Positions 12,408 to 26,548 of a stretch of DNA of 64,000 nucleotides are shown piece after piece. The stretch is from Cystobasidiomycetes sp. EMM_F5 (Eukaryota), in the NCBI GenBank assembly GCA_051047955.1, contig JBPGPT010000017.1, positions 248,001-312,000 on the forward strand, read 5' to 3'. The first letter of the stretch is position 1. Each line of letters begins with the position of its first letter. The notes below the pieces were generated by a model. It ran no database searches, was not told the DNA's origin, and saw only the letters and a program-made list of their open reading frames with translations. Position numbers and translations under genes: made by a program.

Positions 12408-15400
12408 ATGACCGATGTAAATGGCCATCCTTGGCCTGCATCGCTAGGTCCGGAAACAGACACGCAGAATGCTTCAGCCGTCGACATGACGCGCGAAGAG
12501 CGTGTTGCTGTACTTGCACAAGTTCGTGCCCTGGCTGAGTCTATCAGAGATAGGGTACGTCTGGTCTCGCATCCCTCGTTCTGCTTTGTTTGGTCCTGAT
12601 AATTTTCCCTCCGCCACATCTGCCCAAACATGCAGAATGCAAGTGCGGACGACCTTGTGTCATCTTCCAATATCAAACTCCTTGCAAAGAAACTATCCGC
12701 CTCGTATGCTCAGATAGCGCTGCGCTCAGGCGTGTCGGTGGGCGACGCGGTCAAGGCGAATGGCAGTGCGGGGAAATTTGAGGCGCTCCATGATTGCGAA
12801 GCTGGAGATGCGCTCACCATAGCCAAAGATCTCATCGCATCAATCTTGCCTATTCTACCAGGGTGTCGGAAGACTGGTAGGAACATGACTGCCGCAGAAC
12901 GGTACTGGGAATTCAAAGACTCGGCAGAGGGGAAATTAGGCGCAGCGTGCGAGAGGCTGCTGTATACTACTGCAACGGGCATCTTAGTGAGCGGGATTGA
13001 GGCTGGCTGTAGAGTGACTAGCTGACTGGGTGTGACACAGGGTTGCTTGAATGCATTTCACCGCTTTCAAGGTGACGATGATGAGACTGCTGCGCAAAAG
13101 CAAAAGGATGGAACTGGTACGTAATGATTGTCAACTGTGTCTCTGTTTGATGAATGGCGTGGCTTTCAGCTGTCAAGAATGTCATGTGTGCTACTATACT
13201 GTCATTCATCGGCTCAATGCTTACTGGAGAAAAGGAACGTCATATCGCCCCATACGTTCGGCGGGAAGTAAGCAATGACGTTCTTGTCTCCCGGCAATTC
13301 TGACTTATTGTCATGAAGTACATGGACGTCATTGTCGAATGTACCGGCGGTGGCAGCATCGCAAAAGTCATGCTCAACTCCCGCCGCTATTCGTTTGGAT
13401 TGGACGACATTGGCAAGTTGCTTGCCGAATCGAGAGGTTGGTGCAGGCAGTCTCTTACATCTAAGACGAGGCTAAGAGTAAAGGCCACTAGATTACCCCT
13501 TTGTCAGTCCTGCTCACACTCGCCGTAGTTGTGGAGCTCGTATTTGCTGACAAACGCGTGTCGTAGACTTTTAGCCTCTTCTGGCTTGTTGCAAAAGCCT
13601 TTAATTATGCTCAAGATGCCAAAAAGGCAAACGGCTCGAAGTCCGATGGATCACTTCGCAGATTGTTTCCGGTGAAATACTACGACACAGCCTTGTACGA
13701 AGACATCTGCAAAGTACATCAAACGTTACCAATGAACAGCATCGCTGTTTTTTCGACAGTGAGTTACAGTCAATACCGTGTCGCTTGATGTTCAGCTCGA
13801 GCGAATCCTTCTCAATAGGAAGCCAGCAAGATCATTTCCCGCATCGGTCGAGCGCATATCGACCGAATTCAGCTGATACCCATAACATCTATCACAACAA
13901 ATGGCAAAGTAATTCCGCTTGATCGAACGTCACGATGGGAGAAAGGTGTGTACACCTTGGCTGTCAACGAACGATCACTCAGCATCTTTGCGTCGGCTCC
14001 CACACCGGAAGTAAGGTTATTCAATCTGAATCAGCGATAGTCCAGGGCTGAAGTTTGTTTAGAGAAATGCTGAGAGTCACGGAACGCCAATGATTTGGGA
14101 TTTGGTGTTCAGCACCGTAGTTTCTGTCCAGATAGGAGATACGGATACGGTTGCGGGTGCGTTCGCGGCAGCCCATACGTTAGACCCATGCTAAACTATA
14201 CCCCTTAGGAATGACCTCCATCCGAATCACCTGTAATCGCAGCCCGACCATCAATTTGGTCTCAGTGACAGTAGAGACCAGCTTGACGGAGTATACGACA
14301 ACGATCGGCGTTCAAAGCTCATCACTCAAGCTTTTCCAAGACGCTTTGCTTACTCGAGCAATGGTGCGCAACACTCTCATTGCTGAAGCCGTTTTATTGA
14401 TCCGATCTTACGCAGCCTTCATGCCTGGAACGTTCAGCAATAACACCCAAAGCAGTACTCCCCGATCTTGGGGTTTCTGATCAGGTCCCGAAGCCCCGCG
14501 CAACTGGAAGACCGGTTCGAGAAACGCGTCAGAAAGCCTCGCTCAGCAAAGGTATAGCACCTTTACGAGAGTTGACGCAGCCCGATCCACCCACAAATTC
14601 AGCTCAGCGAGGAGAAATACTTGAAGAGTACTTGAAAAGCAATTCAAGCCAAGCGAGTAAGGAGGATGAGGGCGCGGCACCAGATCCTCTCAAGGGACAG
14701 CAATCAGTGGCTGTACATGGCAGCACTGCCAAAGGCAAGGGAAAAGCGATAAACGATGTGCCCGAAACGGTAGTGCTCAGTGACGACGACCTGCCGGAGA
14801 TTGACGCTGACGCAACTACTGCTGGCAAGAAATCGCAGGGCGCAAAATCTATGACGATGGCGACGACGACGACGAACGATGATCCCAGACCGGCTACTCC
14901 CACGCAAGAGCCTAGAATTGTGAAGCCAAGATCGAAAGCTTCGGCAAAGTATACCGTGCAGTCGGATGATGAACCGGAGGATTCGGACTTGTCCAGCGTG
15001 AGTGACGGCAAGTCCAGCAATGACGAGTCGGAGTATGTCGCCAGTCAACAACCCAAAACAAAGACCAATTCCAGCAAGTCTACTACTCCTCGGGCTGCTG
15101 CAAGGCTCAGGAATCGAAGATCTGCCAAGTCTGAGATTGTTGCAGAGAAGCTCGACGAAGCCGTAGAAGCGGCTGCAAATACGTCCGACCTGCCGGCCAG
15201 GAAAAAACGCAAAACTGCAGAAGATCTCCTCAACGTGGACGCTCTTATGAGCGAACACGACCGCGACGCACCCATAGCGCCGACCAAGCCTCGCTCTAGT
15301 CGTTCAGTGCCTTTTGCCAGCTCTGAAGGGAAGGAGCCGCCTTCGAAACGAGCCCGTAAAGGCCGTGATTCTGGCTTCGACGACGCAACGCGACCACCAA

Positions 15401-17564
15401 ATGCCAAGTCTATCCTGGCGAAGAGTGGTGGTATCAGAGACACCAACTCCGATGGTGACAGGGATACTGATTACGACGATGACCTTCCTGGAGCGCCGAA
15501 ATCGAAAGCCAGCAAGTCTGCGCGAGGGAAGTTGCTTAACACCCGGGCAAATGGTAAAGCTCGCAAAGTTGCTTCATCCACACCAAAGCAGAAGAATACG
15601 ATCCGAGATCACCCCGCATCGCGCAATATGGCCGTAGGAAGTCCAACGACCATAGCCAGTGTATCAGCGAATGACGCAGCACGAAACAGCATCAGAACGA
15701 ACAGAACCGCAACGATGCCGACAGATACAGACCAGCCTGTAGATGACGAAGTCATGCACATCGATGTGCGTTCATTTGAGAGGTACCGCGGCAGTACCAA
15801 GAAATGCGTTACGCTCACACAAATGATGGGGGAGCAGCCACGTAGAGACGAAAGGTCAGAACCGATCACCGCCGTTCCACAGGTTGCATCTTCCGCGGCA
15901 GCACTTCAGGAATCCAAGCGCGGAACTGAGGCTCGTGGGCGCATGTTGGAGACCAATACTGCGGAGGACGGCAGTGACATGAATAATATACTGGCGGTTG
16001 CCGCTTTGGATATTTACAAAACTACGCACCCAGTGCCAGAGGAGGACCTTATCCGCAAATACACAACGATTGAAGACGACGGACAAGACGAGCACGATAC
16101 TCGTGCGATGGAATTGGGTTTGACGACAGCAAGGATGGCCTTTCCGTCAGGTAATCTGGAGATGCCGTTCGATGATAACCTTGATCTCCTAGACCCTCTG
16201 CCGCAACTACAAATTCAGAGCAAGGAATTCGTCGCGACCGACAGCATCAAACCCGATGACGACGGACAAGAAACTGCAGGCGGTACAACTCATCATGCGA
16301 TATCTGACAATGCCGCGCTCTATCGCAGAACTTCAGTTCAGCCAGCGCCAGCCCCGGTAGCACCTCATCAAAATCCTTCAGCCCCAGCGTCTGTACACAC
16401 ACTCATCGCTCCGAATGTCGAAGTCGTTGTGGTGCAACGGAAAGCTGCGCCAAGGGACCTTTTCGTTGGGATCGATCCTGAAAGTCAAGGTGTAGGCGGT
16501 GGCGCGCGCCATGTTGGAGAGTCGACCAGCGTCCCAAGTAATGTAGAGACCTTCGCCACGGATGTATTTCTCACCAAGCAAAAGCAAAAGGAACGGCATA
16601 GTACACCTACTTCGAGGACGGAGACCGCATCGAAACAGGTATTCTCTGCACGTACTGCTGACGTGAGAATGCCCGGTGATCATAGTGGGCGGGACAATGT
16701 CGGCGACCCCTTCATTGACACAAAACGTGCGAATACAAAGCGCGTCGTTGCGCGACCGGCTTCAACAGCACAGGCCGTAAATGAGACGAGGATCAGATCA
16801 ACAGCGCCGCAACGGCCAAGTGGTGAGCAACTCTCGTCTGTCGAAGAAGGTCAAGATGCGTCTTCTCGGTGGCATGGACCAGTCCGTGGCCGTCGGGGCG
16901 TTGCGGCAGAAGCTGCATCTCACGGCACCAGCTTACGCAACGACACTGAACACTCGGCAGCTGCTCGATCGCATTTTGTCAATAGAATGGATGCGCAACA
17001 GACAACTTACAGAGGAGGCCAAGCGCGAGAAGACGCCGGCGAGCCAGAAGTGCTGCATATTTTGCAAAGCCTGAACAAGGTGTGACGAGGCTGGAGTGAT
17101 CGAAAGCAATTTGTCTTACTCGTTGCTTTTACAGCTGGTTGTTTCAAATATGGAGCGCAAGAACCATAAGTACAGCGAAAATCGCATACGAGGCTCAAAC
17201 ATGGTATTGAAGGTGGTGGAGGATGGCCTGATGGAGGCTGCGACAATGGACGATGAGTATCTGCAAAGGTAAATTGTCGCTTTCGTAACATCCTAGATCA
17301 TTGTACAACTGAAAGCCGTTTCTTTTTGCCCAGAATGACGGCCTACAGCGCGCTTTTGTAAGCTCAACTGAACGCGTCTTGCGATGATACTGATCCTGCT
17401 TGGTAATTAGACAATCTTCGCACAATGACGTAACAGCACCACTCCAGGCAATGCAGCGGACCCTTCATGAACAGCAGCGGAACTTGGCCAGAAGACAGCG
17501 CATCCTCGAGGAGGGGATCGCTCTGAACAAATCGAATTTAACACTTGACTTCTTTCGGGCATAG
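12408..17564 (+). CDS. Large multi-exon protein: folded N-terminal region, ~800 aa disordered middle, short C-terminal helical/coiled-coil tail; candidate SYCP2/Red1-like meiotic axis protein
   Basis: Chain of GT-AG-bounded in-frame exons at 12408-14500, an 837-codon low-complexity ORF (14572-17085), then spliced tail exons ending ...LHEQQRNLARRQRILEEGIALNKSNLTLDFFRA-stop. The family assignment is inference. Confidence 0.55.
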
Positions 17565-17914
17565 CCGTTAGGTGACACAGTAGTCATCTCCATGATGCGA
17601 TACTGTTTACGTGTAGGCGTTGCCAATCGAAACAAGCTTATGATTGCGTACACCCTCAGACTTGTTTAAGCGAGCTGCTGTTACAGTACTGACAAGCTCG
17701 CCAGCTTCTTCCAGGCTGATATATATCTAGCTTGCAGGGCATATTGCATCTGACTGTTGCTCTCTGATCTCTTTTGAACTGATTTGGCCTGACAAACAAC
17801 GCGGTTTTATGTTTCCTCACCGAGCACTTCGGGCATCCGCGTCGCGATCGAGGCTCTCCTCACAGCGGGGGCGCGGCGCGGGGTCAACCGGGCCACCGGG
17901 TTTTAACTGGAAGC

Positions 17915-17925
17915 CTATATATATA
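17915..17925 (+). promoter_or_regulatory. TATA-like element upstream of the MFS permease
   Basis: TATATATATAT ~270 bp upstream of the ATG, embedded in a GC/CGG-rich stretch. Confidence 0.45.
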
Positions 17926-18188
17926 TGACGAACCGACCGCGCGCGTTGCAAAGGAAGTGTATAGCGAACAAGCGGGAGTCCCCGGATCCGCCGACGTGTC
18001 CGTTTATCGTCTGCTGGTAATACCTCTTTCGTCCTTACCTTCCTCATCGGTTTAGTTCTCTCTTTCCAGGCCATCTGTTTCGTGCCTTGGCACACGCGTC
18101 ATAGCAGTTCACTGTACCGACACACGGATATCAAATCGCCAACTGACAAGGTGACACGCACTTTACCAGTCTTTATTCCACGTCAAGC

Positions 18189-20258
18189 ATGTTGGGCAAG
18201 AATGTCTACGATGACAAGCACGAAGACGATCAGATTGACGCACCGGAGGGGGAGCTCGGCAGAATTCCGGAGCCCCAAGTAGTATTTGATGCAAAGGCGG
18301 AAGACAAGCTGTATCGCAAGATCGACGGGCGTTTACTGTGGATCCTCGCGCTCTTGTACCTCGTGGCCTTCCTCGACCGCGGAAAGTAAGCTTGCTTCCC
18401 TTACCATGTCTCTACATGCATACTCTGCTAATTTGACGAAAATTCACAGCATCGGCAATGCTCGTCTTTCAGGTCTTCAAGCCGACCTCAACATGACCGA
18501 CGGTGACTATTCTCTCGCTCTCAGTGAGTATAAATTTTCAGAGGTCAGGAAATATCAACTCAATCTTACTATTTGCGCGAAAGGTTTGTTCTTCGTATCC
18601 TACAATCTCTGCGAAGTACCCGCGAACCTGATGCTCAAGAAATTACGACCTCGAATCTGGTTATCATTGATCGTGTTCCTTTTCGGTGTGGTTATGGTGA
18701 GTCTATTCGGGCAGGCAACTCCGCTTCAGTAATACTAAGCTTCGTTCCCATTTTGCGACACTTCATCGCCCTTGCGTGTCGACGATCTTCAGATCGGCAT
18801 GGGTCTCATCAACACGTATGGAGGACTAATTGCAATGCGAGTCCTGCTCGGCATCTTTGAAAGTGGTTTGGTAGGTCATTTGATCGATCTGTCTGTCAGA
18901 GTTTGGAGTCCACTAACGATTCTGCAACGACATCACCAGTTTCCCGGCGCAACCTACCTGTTGTCGCTATGGGTGTGTAAACGTTCATCTCTGTCCACGA
19001 GCTGCTTACTAATATCCATTCTTATGAAGTATCCGCGCTCCAGGCTTCAGTTCCGTATTGCAGTCTTCTTCTCAGCCGCTACTATCGCAGGTGCGAAATA
19101 CCCGTTCATACATGATCTGAGCCCTAGACTTACGCCATAATTGTACTCTAGGTGCCTTTTCGGGACTGCTCGCGTATGGTATTCAATTCATGTCCGGGAC
19201 TGCCGGATACAATGGATGGAAGTGGATCTTCATTCTTGGTAAGCGTTTGCGATGCTTGGTCGAACATGCGTCGAGCTTACAGGTGGCTGCAGAGGGTATT
19301 TTTACAGCTCTGTGTGGAGCTATGTCATACTTCTTCCTGTCCGATTACCCGGAGACCGAAAAGTTCCTCAACGAAGACGAGAGAGCATGGACCATTTACA
19401 GAAAGGCGACCGATGGTACCAGTCATGGCGAGCATACCGGCCTAGACTGGACTCAAATTCGCTCTGGATTGTTCAACTGGCAGGTCTACATTTCGACAGC
19501 CTACTATTTGTCCATTGTCACGCCGCTGTATTCCATCGGCTTGTCTCTACCATCTATCATTAATGGGTTCGGTCAAGTAGGTGCAAAATCGGATTTCCCC
19601 ACTGCGTTTTGCTGACTGCTTTGAACTCATAGTACACCAGACCGCAAGTACAGCTTTTGACTGTGCCAGTCTACATTTTCGCTTGTCTATGGGTGCTTAT
19701 CTCTTCAATCCTAGCGGATCGGTGGCAGATGCGCTTCTATTTCCTCTTCTTTGATCAGTGGCTATGCATCATTGGCTTCATCATCAACATTTCGCCCGCT
19801 CCGTACGGCGCGAAATACTTTGGGCTCTTCCTCATTGCGGCTGGGTCATACGCTGCCTTGCCTACGGTCGTAGCTTGGCTATCTTCGAATTTGCGCGGTC
19901 AGACAAAGCGTGCAGTCGGCGTCTCGTTCCAGATTGGTATTGGCAATTTTGGAGGCTTGATTGCTTCGAACAGTGAGTGCAGCAGTGTCAACTTGCGTAC
20001 AGATCATGAATTGAGCAATTCCATTTTGCAGTCTACACAAAATCAGCAACCATTGGCCACGGAGTCAACCTTGGGCTGCTTGGAATGGGCATCATTACCG
20101 CTCCCCTGTACTTTATCCTCCTGCGCCGCATCAACGCCAAGCGCGATGCCGAACAGCAGAGACAGACGGCCCTTCCTGCTGAGCAGAGAACCAGATACTC
20201 CATCAAACAGCTCCACGAACTCGGAGACCGCGCACCAGACTTTAGATACTCGACCTAG
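18189..20258 (+). CDS. MFS permease, anion:cation symporter (Tna1/Dal5-like) family, multi-exon
   Basis: KLYRKIDGRLL, AFLDRGNIGNARL, EVPANLMLKKLRP, GYNGWKWIFI.EG, KFLNEDER, and C-terminal ELGDRAPDFRYST-stop. Confidence 0.9.
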
Positions 20259-20941
20259 ACTGGCTTGAAGTGCATACCTTCCCAAGTCCAAGGGAGAATA
20301 TTGTAAGAGAGAGTATCGGGTGGAATTGAGCGTTGTCAGTAGTTGATGAGGATACAAATGGTGGTCCAATCGTTTGTCACATAATCAACCCTACTACGCT
20401 CTCAGAGTGTCTGCACCTTGCTTCTCTTTACGCGCGCGCATAGCATGCGACACGTGCTGAAGATCTGCTCAAGCCAGGCACGGTGTCAAACGCCGAAGAC
20501 TGAATCTGCAAATATCACAGATCCTGGGAATGCAGACCGCCGAGTCCGTATAGCGTACATCCCACAAACGCGCTCTCGTCGGAGTTGCAAGTGTAGCTAT
20601 AGCGAGCGTAGGCCTGCCTGTAAAGCTTAAAGAAAGTCTATTGTTGCTTTTCAGCGGGTGCTGTCCGCATTTTCCAGCGTTAGAGAGCACAAGCTAGGAG
20701 GGATATCGATTATGCTCGTGCACTGGCATACAACCATACACATGCCCTTTCCTGTGTAGCTGTGTACACACGCACCACAGACGCCAGTTGCAACAGATTT
20801 CGAGCGAGACAGTTGCGGGAGCTCGAGAAGACCTGTCGCAGAAGGCTGACACGCCTCGGGCGCACAGAGCTGCGCCATGGCTGCAGGGAGACCTTGATAT
20901 TGGGATAGCAGCCAGCACACCACGTTTTGTAATATTCACCA

Positions 20942-23900
20942 ATGGCTATCGGCAGGAACAAGAGCCTTGTCGAGCCGGCGCCGGTCGCGACCGAGTCTGG
21001 TGCAGACAACTTGGATTCGCCAACCGGACAGGCAGTCACCCAGTCAGACTATGACGAGCTCGATGGGCTGCTGAATCGTCTGCAGCGTCTGCAGCGTGAG
21101 GCGCAGCCGCCGAAACCGGTACTGTCGCCAAAAACGCCAAAGACCGTCGACCAGGCAGACGGCGATCCGGACGAGCGTCCGCAGGAACCCTCGTCGCCGA
21201 CTTCGGCTCGCACGTCCAGCTCGACAAGGCGGTCACTCGCTTCGTCTCTGCTCGGCAGGTTGTCGATATCGCATTCGCCGGCAGATTTGCAACATCAACC
21301 GGGGAACCGTCAGTCGAAAGCATTATATTCATCTGATCCACCAGAGATTGCTGCGTCACCCACATCAATCGGTCGTAGTAGCGGATCTACTACTCTCTAT
21401 CAACATTTGAACCTCGTCGGCCAGGTCACACAGCTTAGACGTGGGAATAACGCATTTGCCGCGACTGCGGATGGCAACGACCGGGTGTTTGAGGATAGTC
21501 TAGAAGATACTTGTGGCACGCCAGCAAGCGAAAGCTACCAGTTTCCCGACGACTTGCTGCAGGAGCAATTTGAACTACTGGACGCTAGCGACGTGATACA
21601 AACTCGCGTCCATGGGCAGGTACATAGACTTCGCAAGACCAAAAGAGACGGATCCACTACAAGCTGGTCGCTGAGGAGAAGCCGCGTGTCGAGTCTGACA
21701 GACTCGACGCACCAGGCTCAAGACCTGCTTGACACTGCCAATCTGAATCACTCTGTCTCCTCCATAGCGATACAATCACCTACACTCGGACCTCCGCGCC
21801 TTCAAGCTCGAGAAGATAGATACGGACCGTCTTCGTATCACACAAGGCGCAGGTCATTGCCCTTGCATTTAAAAATTCAATTTCCTTCAGACGACACCGA
21901 AGACTTGTCCGCCAAAGACTTTGTCGAAAAAGCCGTGAATCTAAGCACAGAGGCTGAAGGGAGCGATACGCAGACGGAAGACGGGAAGGACTTCCTGGAC
22001 AGAGACGAGCCGGTCGATATGAAGCGGGGTGGACTTGACGTGGGAATTTCATCCTCTCAGTCGTGTAGCTCATTGTCGACTCGCTCCTCTGGCCGTACTG
22101 GCAGCAGCCGCAAAATGTCGGCGGACATAGGCAGGATGCAACCTCGATCTCCCTTTGCCGTAGAAACGCGACAATTTCGGCCCCATCAAGTGTCTAGAGC
22201 AGAGACACCTCCACACGCTTCGTACAGTGTATCGGAACATGAGGATACCGAGTCTCCTGCCAAAGCTAGCGGCGGCGAGGGAGGGTCTGCCCGCCGCAGG
22301 CGTACAATAATAGGTGCCGCGCAAGCATTGCAAGACACAGGACTGGGTATTGCAAATATGATGCGTCGAAAGAGTTCACGAGATTCTGTGTCCTCAAACG
22401 CATCAATATCAACAGGGTCTTCGCAGCCCCCGCCCGTGCCATACAATTCGCACTTGCACTTTCCGGAAGTCGGTCGGGATTCCCTTGATTCGAAAGCGTC
22501 TGGCAGTCTCAAGTCGAACATCATTCAGGGCGATCAATCACTTCCTCGCGGATATTCTCCTGTCCCCGATCCCAGTACAAGCAACAGTGTCTATGCGGGC
22601 AGCGAACCTGCTCGTACGAATGGTAGTGAATATCTACCAATACGCCGAACGAAACAATCTACCGGTAGTCACGCTACCAATCCTTCCATTACCAGTTCAG
22701 AACGGGCCACATATTTAGCATCTAGCGGCCGCCTCCAGGCTCGTGATGAGCGAGAGTATTATACAAGGCCTCGTTTTACTTCGGCGCGATCGGCATCGTC
22801 CATGTCATTCTACTCTGATGATGACGATGAGGCTGGTGGAAGTATAGCAGAGCTGCCGACTCAGAGTGAAAGGTCATACTCGCAAGCGGTAGACTTGCAC
22901 ATTCGCCGCCCCGAAGAAAGTGTACTTCCTATAGCTGCGGCGCCTTATGCAAGAAGAGCCAGCGAAACTCCAGCGCTTCATGCCAACCGACCCCCCGCAA
23001 CGGGAAGTACCAGTCAGAACGATGGAGTTTTGACGAGGTCGCAATCGTATGATGTTCGACTGGCTTCGCAGCTGATCAGCGCGCAGCACGTCCCTGAAAG
23101 CACAATCGTACAGTCGGTGTACATCTGGCTACCTGCTGATGTGTCTCAGCAATCTACGCATAAGAGCGGCATGTTGTCGAGGCTGTTGATGTCTTCTGGT
23201 CACAGCGGTCGAAAGAAGATCAGTAAGCGGGAAAGTGTTCAGGCTTTTGATACGTCTTCAACGCTTCTGCACAATGGGTTAGACGAAACTGTCAAAAAAT
23301 CCAGCAAAGGTAAAGAGCGTGAGGAAGTTTCGGTATTTGTGCCTTCGGGCACCTGGAAACGGTGTGACGCTCGCTTGGACAACCAAGGCACTCTGTCCTT
23401 ACACACTGCTGTTCGTCTGTCTTTTGCTGCGCTTTTATGTGGCCGACTAAGCTATGTCTTTCAACATGCAGCAATCTTGCATTATTTCTGCCGCCATTGC
23501 AGGTGTGCGGCGTACAGACATAAGGCAATGCGATCACTCAGTACTCGGGAGATCCCACTGTCTCTCAATCATGCTGGCCTCAAATGACGCAACCGCTGCG
23601 GATGCATCAGAGCTGAGCACACAGACCCCGACTTCACGTACAACCTCGCGTCGAGGATCTTTGGCTAACGAGACTTCGATAATCTACCTCGCTTTCAACG
23701 ATCTGTATAGTATGCAGGCCTGTACGTCTTCCGTTGCACTTGTTATTCGCCATAGCTCTGATGTTTCAACACTGTCTGCTCGCAGATATCTCCGCTTTGC
23801 ACGCCTGGGCCCAGCCAGAGATATACCCGAACTCTGTTCATAGGTACCCTGCGGATTGCGACGCTGAAATTATAGGAGATCCAACTTACGACATCTCGGG

Positions 23901-26378
23901 CAGGACGGTCACCCCACGCATCGATCGGAATGCTGGTGTCCGTCCGGCGCATCGTCGGCACGATTCGCTAGCGGAAAGAGCACTGCGTCCTTGGCGGACT
24001 ATCTCTCTCCAGTTTGGCGAATTGAGATCCTCACAGGTTTCGCAGCGCGACGGCGGTCATGTATCACATATCGCGGCAATGCTGGCTGGAGGTGTTGCCA
24101 GTCTTGGGTTGAATTCTGACGGCCGAAAAGCCGCATCGCTAAACTCAGGCTCGGCTTCGACCCACTCTCTCGAAGAGACGAGCTCAATTCACAAAGGCCC
24201 TAGTACACCTTCACTTTCAAGCAGCGTTTCGGCAGCTTCGTCATTATCACAGAGCAATGTGCCATCCCAAGCCGTGTCTAACAGTCCATCCTACTCTAGG
24301 CGGATCCTACCGGATCACATTCTCCGAGACAGGGATAAGGACAAAGGCGACAAAGAGAAGTACCGCGAATATGCGTATATTGAGGTCTCTTTGCACTCGG
24401 AAATTTTGGCCCGTTCGACTGCTGTACCTTTTGGTACGGCTATGGTGTGGCATGAGAGATACACTTTGGAGTGAGCGCCGTGCTCTGCTTCATTGGAGCT
24501 ATAGACTGATTGTGCACTTGCAGAAATGTAGGCATCCTAAGGCAGCCGCTCATTATTTCTATATACCGCTTGTCAAGAGGCCAGTCATCGCTAATGGGTT
24601 ATATCGATGTCGCTGTACACGTTATGAAAAGAGGCACTGCAGTCGACGGCTGGTATCCCGTGCATTCGGGAGACTTAGCCAAGGATGGGCATCTCGTGAC
24701 TTTGCAGGAGATGTCAATGTGCATTAAAGTTCAAGAGGCAATGATACTGCAGGCACAGGAATATGCGTTACTGGAGCAGGTAAGGAGCGAAACATGTTTT
24801 GGGTATTTAGGTGCAACAGCTCATCTTGTCAAGCAGACTTTGATCTCCGATACCGGCCAAGCTATACGCGACTTACAACGTACGCATCACATAGACCCAG
24901 ACGATCTGGCTGCTCGCCTTGTGCGCATCGATATAGCACGAGAGCGAGCTCTCGTGCGACTCAAACGCTTTGCACAAGAAGAAGTGCGTAGAAGCGATGC
25001 GGACGTTACTACGCTGTTCCGGGGCAACAGTCTGTTCACCAAAGCTGTCGAACACTTCATGCGAATCACTGGAAGCATCTTCCTCGAAGGTGCTCTGGCA
25101 GACGTCGTCAAGCGTCTGAGTAGGGAAAACATCGATGCTGAAATCGATCCTGAACGCTTGCTCTCGCATCATCCCGATGCGTTATCTGAGAATATACTCC
25201 GACTAAACGAATGGACGAGAATATTCTGGGAAGCCATTTACAATGCTAGGGATCGCTGCCCCTGGTACGTTTAGGCTATACAATCATCTCATGTAGTGTG
25301 ACTAATTTCGCAATCCGGCAGGGAACTTCGGGTCCTGTTTCGAGACATACGTCGCAGTGTAGAAGACGGTCTCAGCTCTAACCTTTCCGCTGTCGACGCA
25401 CGTAGGGCAGGCCTCACTGGCGTCAGCGCCTTCGTGTTTCTACGTTTTCTCGTACCAGCTGTGCTGAATCCTAGACCATTCGGGCATGCGGCCGCCCATC
25501 CGCCCGCACCTCAAGCACAGCGTACCCTCACACTAATCGCAAAGACTCTGCAAGGGTTGGCCAACATGACCTTATTTGGGGGGAAAGAGCCCTGGATGGC
25601 TGTAATGAATCCATTCCTGCAAGACAATCGCAGTGCTTTCGACGATTTCATCGTCAGCCTGTGTGCGCCATCGGATGATTCGCAAATTGAGGACCACGGC
25701 TCAAAGACATACGGACTATATCGCAAAGCGACAAGGTTGCGCGAGCAACAACTAGCGCCTATGATACAGGAAGGTATTGCTTCTTTGCCATACCTAGTAG
25801 ACCTTCCACGCGAGCTCGCGCTCTTGGCAACTCTGATTGCAGACGCGCGGCCGCAGGCAGCCCACGGCACTAATTCCAGGAGCATGCAGAATGGCTCCGG
25901 CGAAGCTTTGCGTACGATGTGTCTGGGTGTGCGCAAGAGGACTAGAGACGCTATCCGGATGCTTGAAGACGGCGGGCATCTTGCGCTTGTAGGAGGCCTA
26001 GCGGGACAACGTTCCATGGTCGCTCGACAAGCCCAGTACAGCATTCGTGACTTGCCCAACAGACCTCGAGGGTTAACGGTCTCGCAGGATACTTCGGAAA
26101 TAACGCCAAGCGCCTCTAACACTCGCACGTCAGCTCTCGATGGCCTACACTCGCTTATCCCGACGCCAACCCACGCCCATCGCACAAAGCGGCGCTCACA
26201 CACGGTTTCGGCGGTCAAGGCCGATCGTTTGGCGGAAGCTGCAGCGCTGGACGGCGCTGATCTACATATCCGGCTGTCGAGTTCCCCACCCTGCCTCCAT
26301 GGCCAGACTTTTACGACTTCAAGACCTTCTTTGATCTCTGCTCAGTCAGCTAATGCTGCCGTTCAACGAGTCAGGTAA
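20942..26378 (+). CDS. Ras GTPase-activating protein with C2-like domain (Bud2/Cla2/Gap1-like)
   Basis: Arginine-finger TTLFRGNSLFTKA, FVFLRFLVPAVLNP and RTLTLIAKTLQGLAN...KEPWM. C2-like region upstream; long Ser-rich N-terminus. Confidence 0.88.
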
Positions 26379-26548
26379 TGAGACTGAATCATATGACCAC
26401 ATAGTAACTGCGCTGGCGCAAAGTATATAATCTTGTACAAATAGCACGATAAGCGGCAAGTCCAGACTCATCAGGTCCATAATGTCTTGAAATAAATTAG
26501 AACAATTTGGTGGTGCTCGCTATTATGACAACAACTATCCATTACTCC

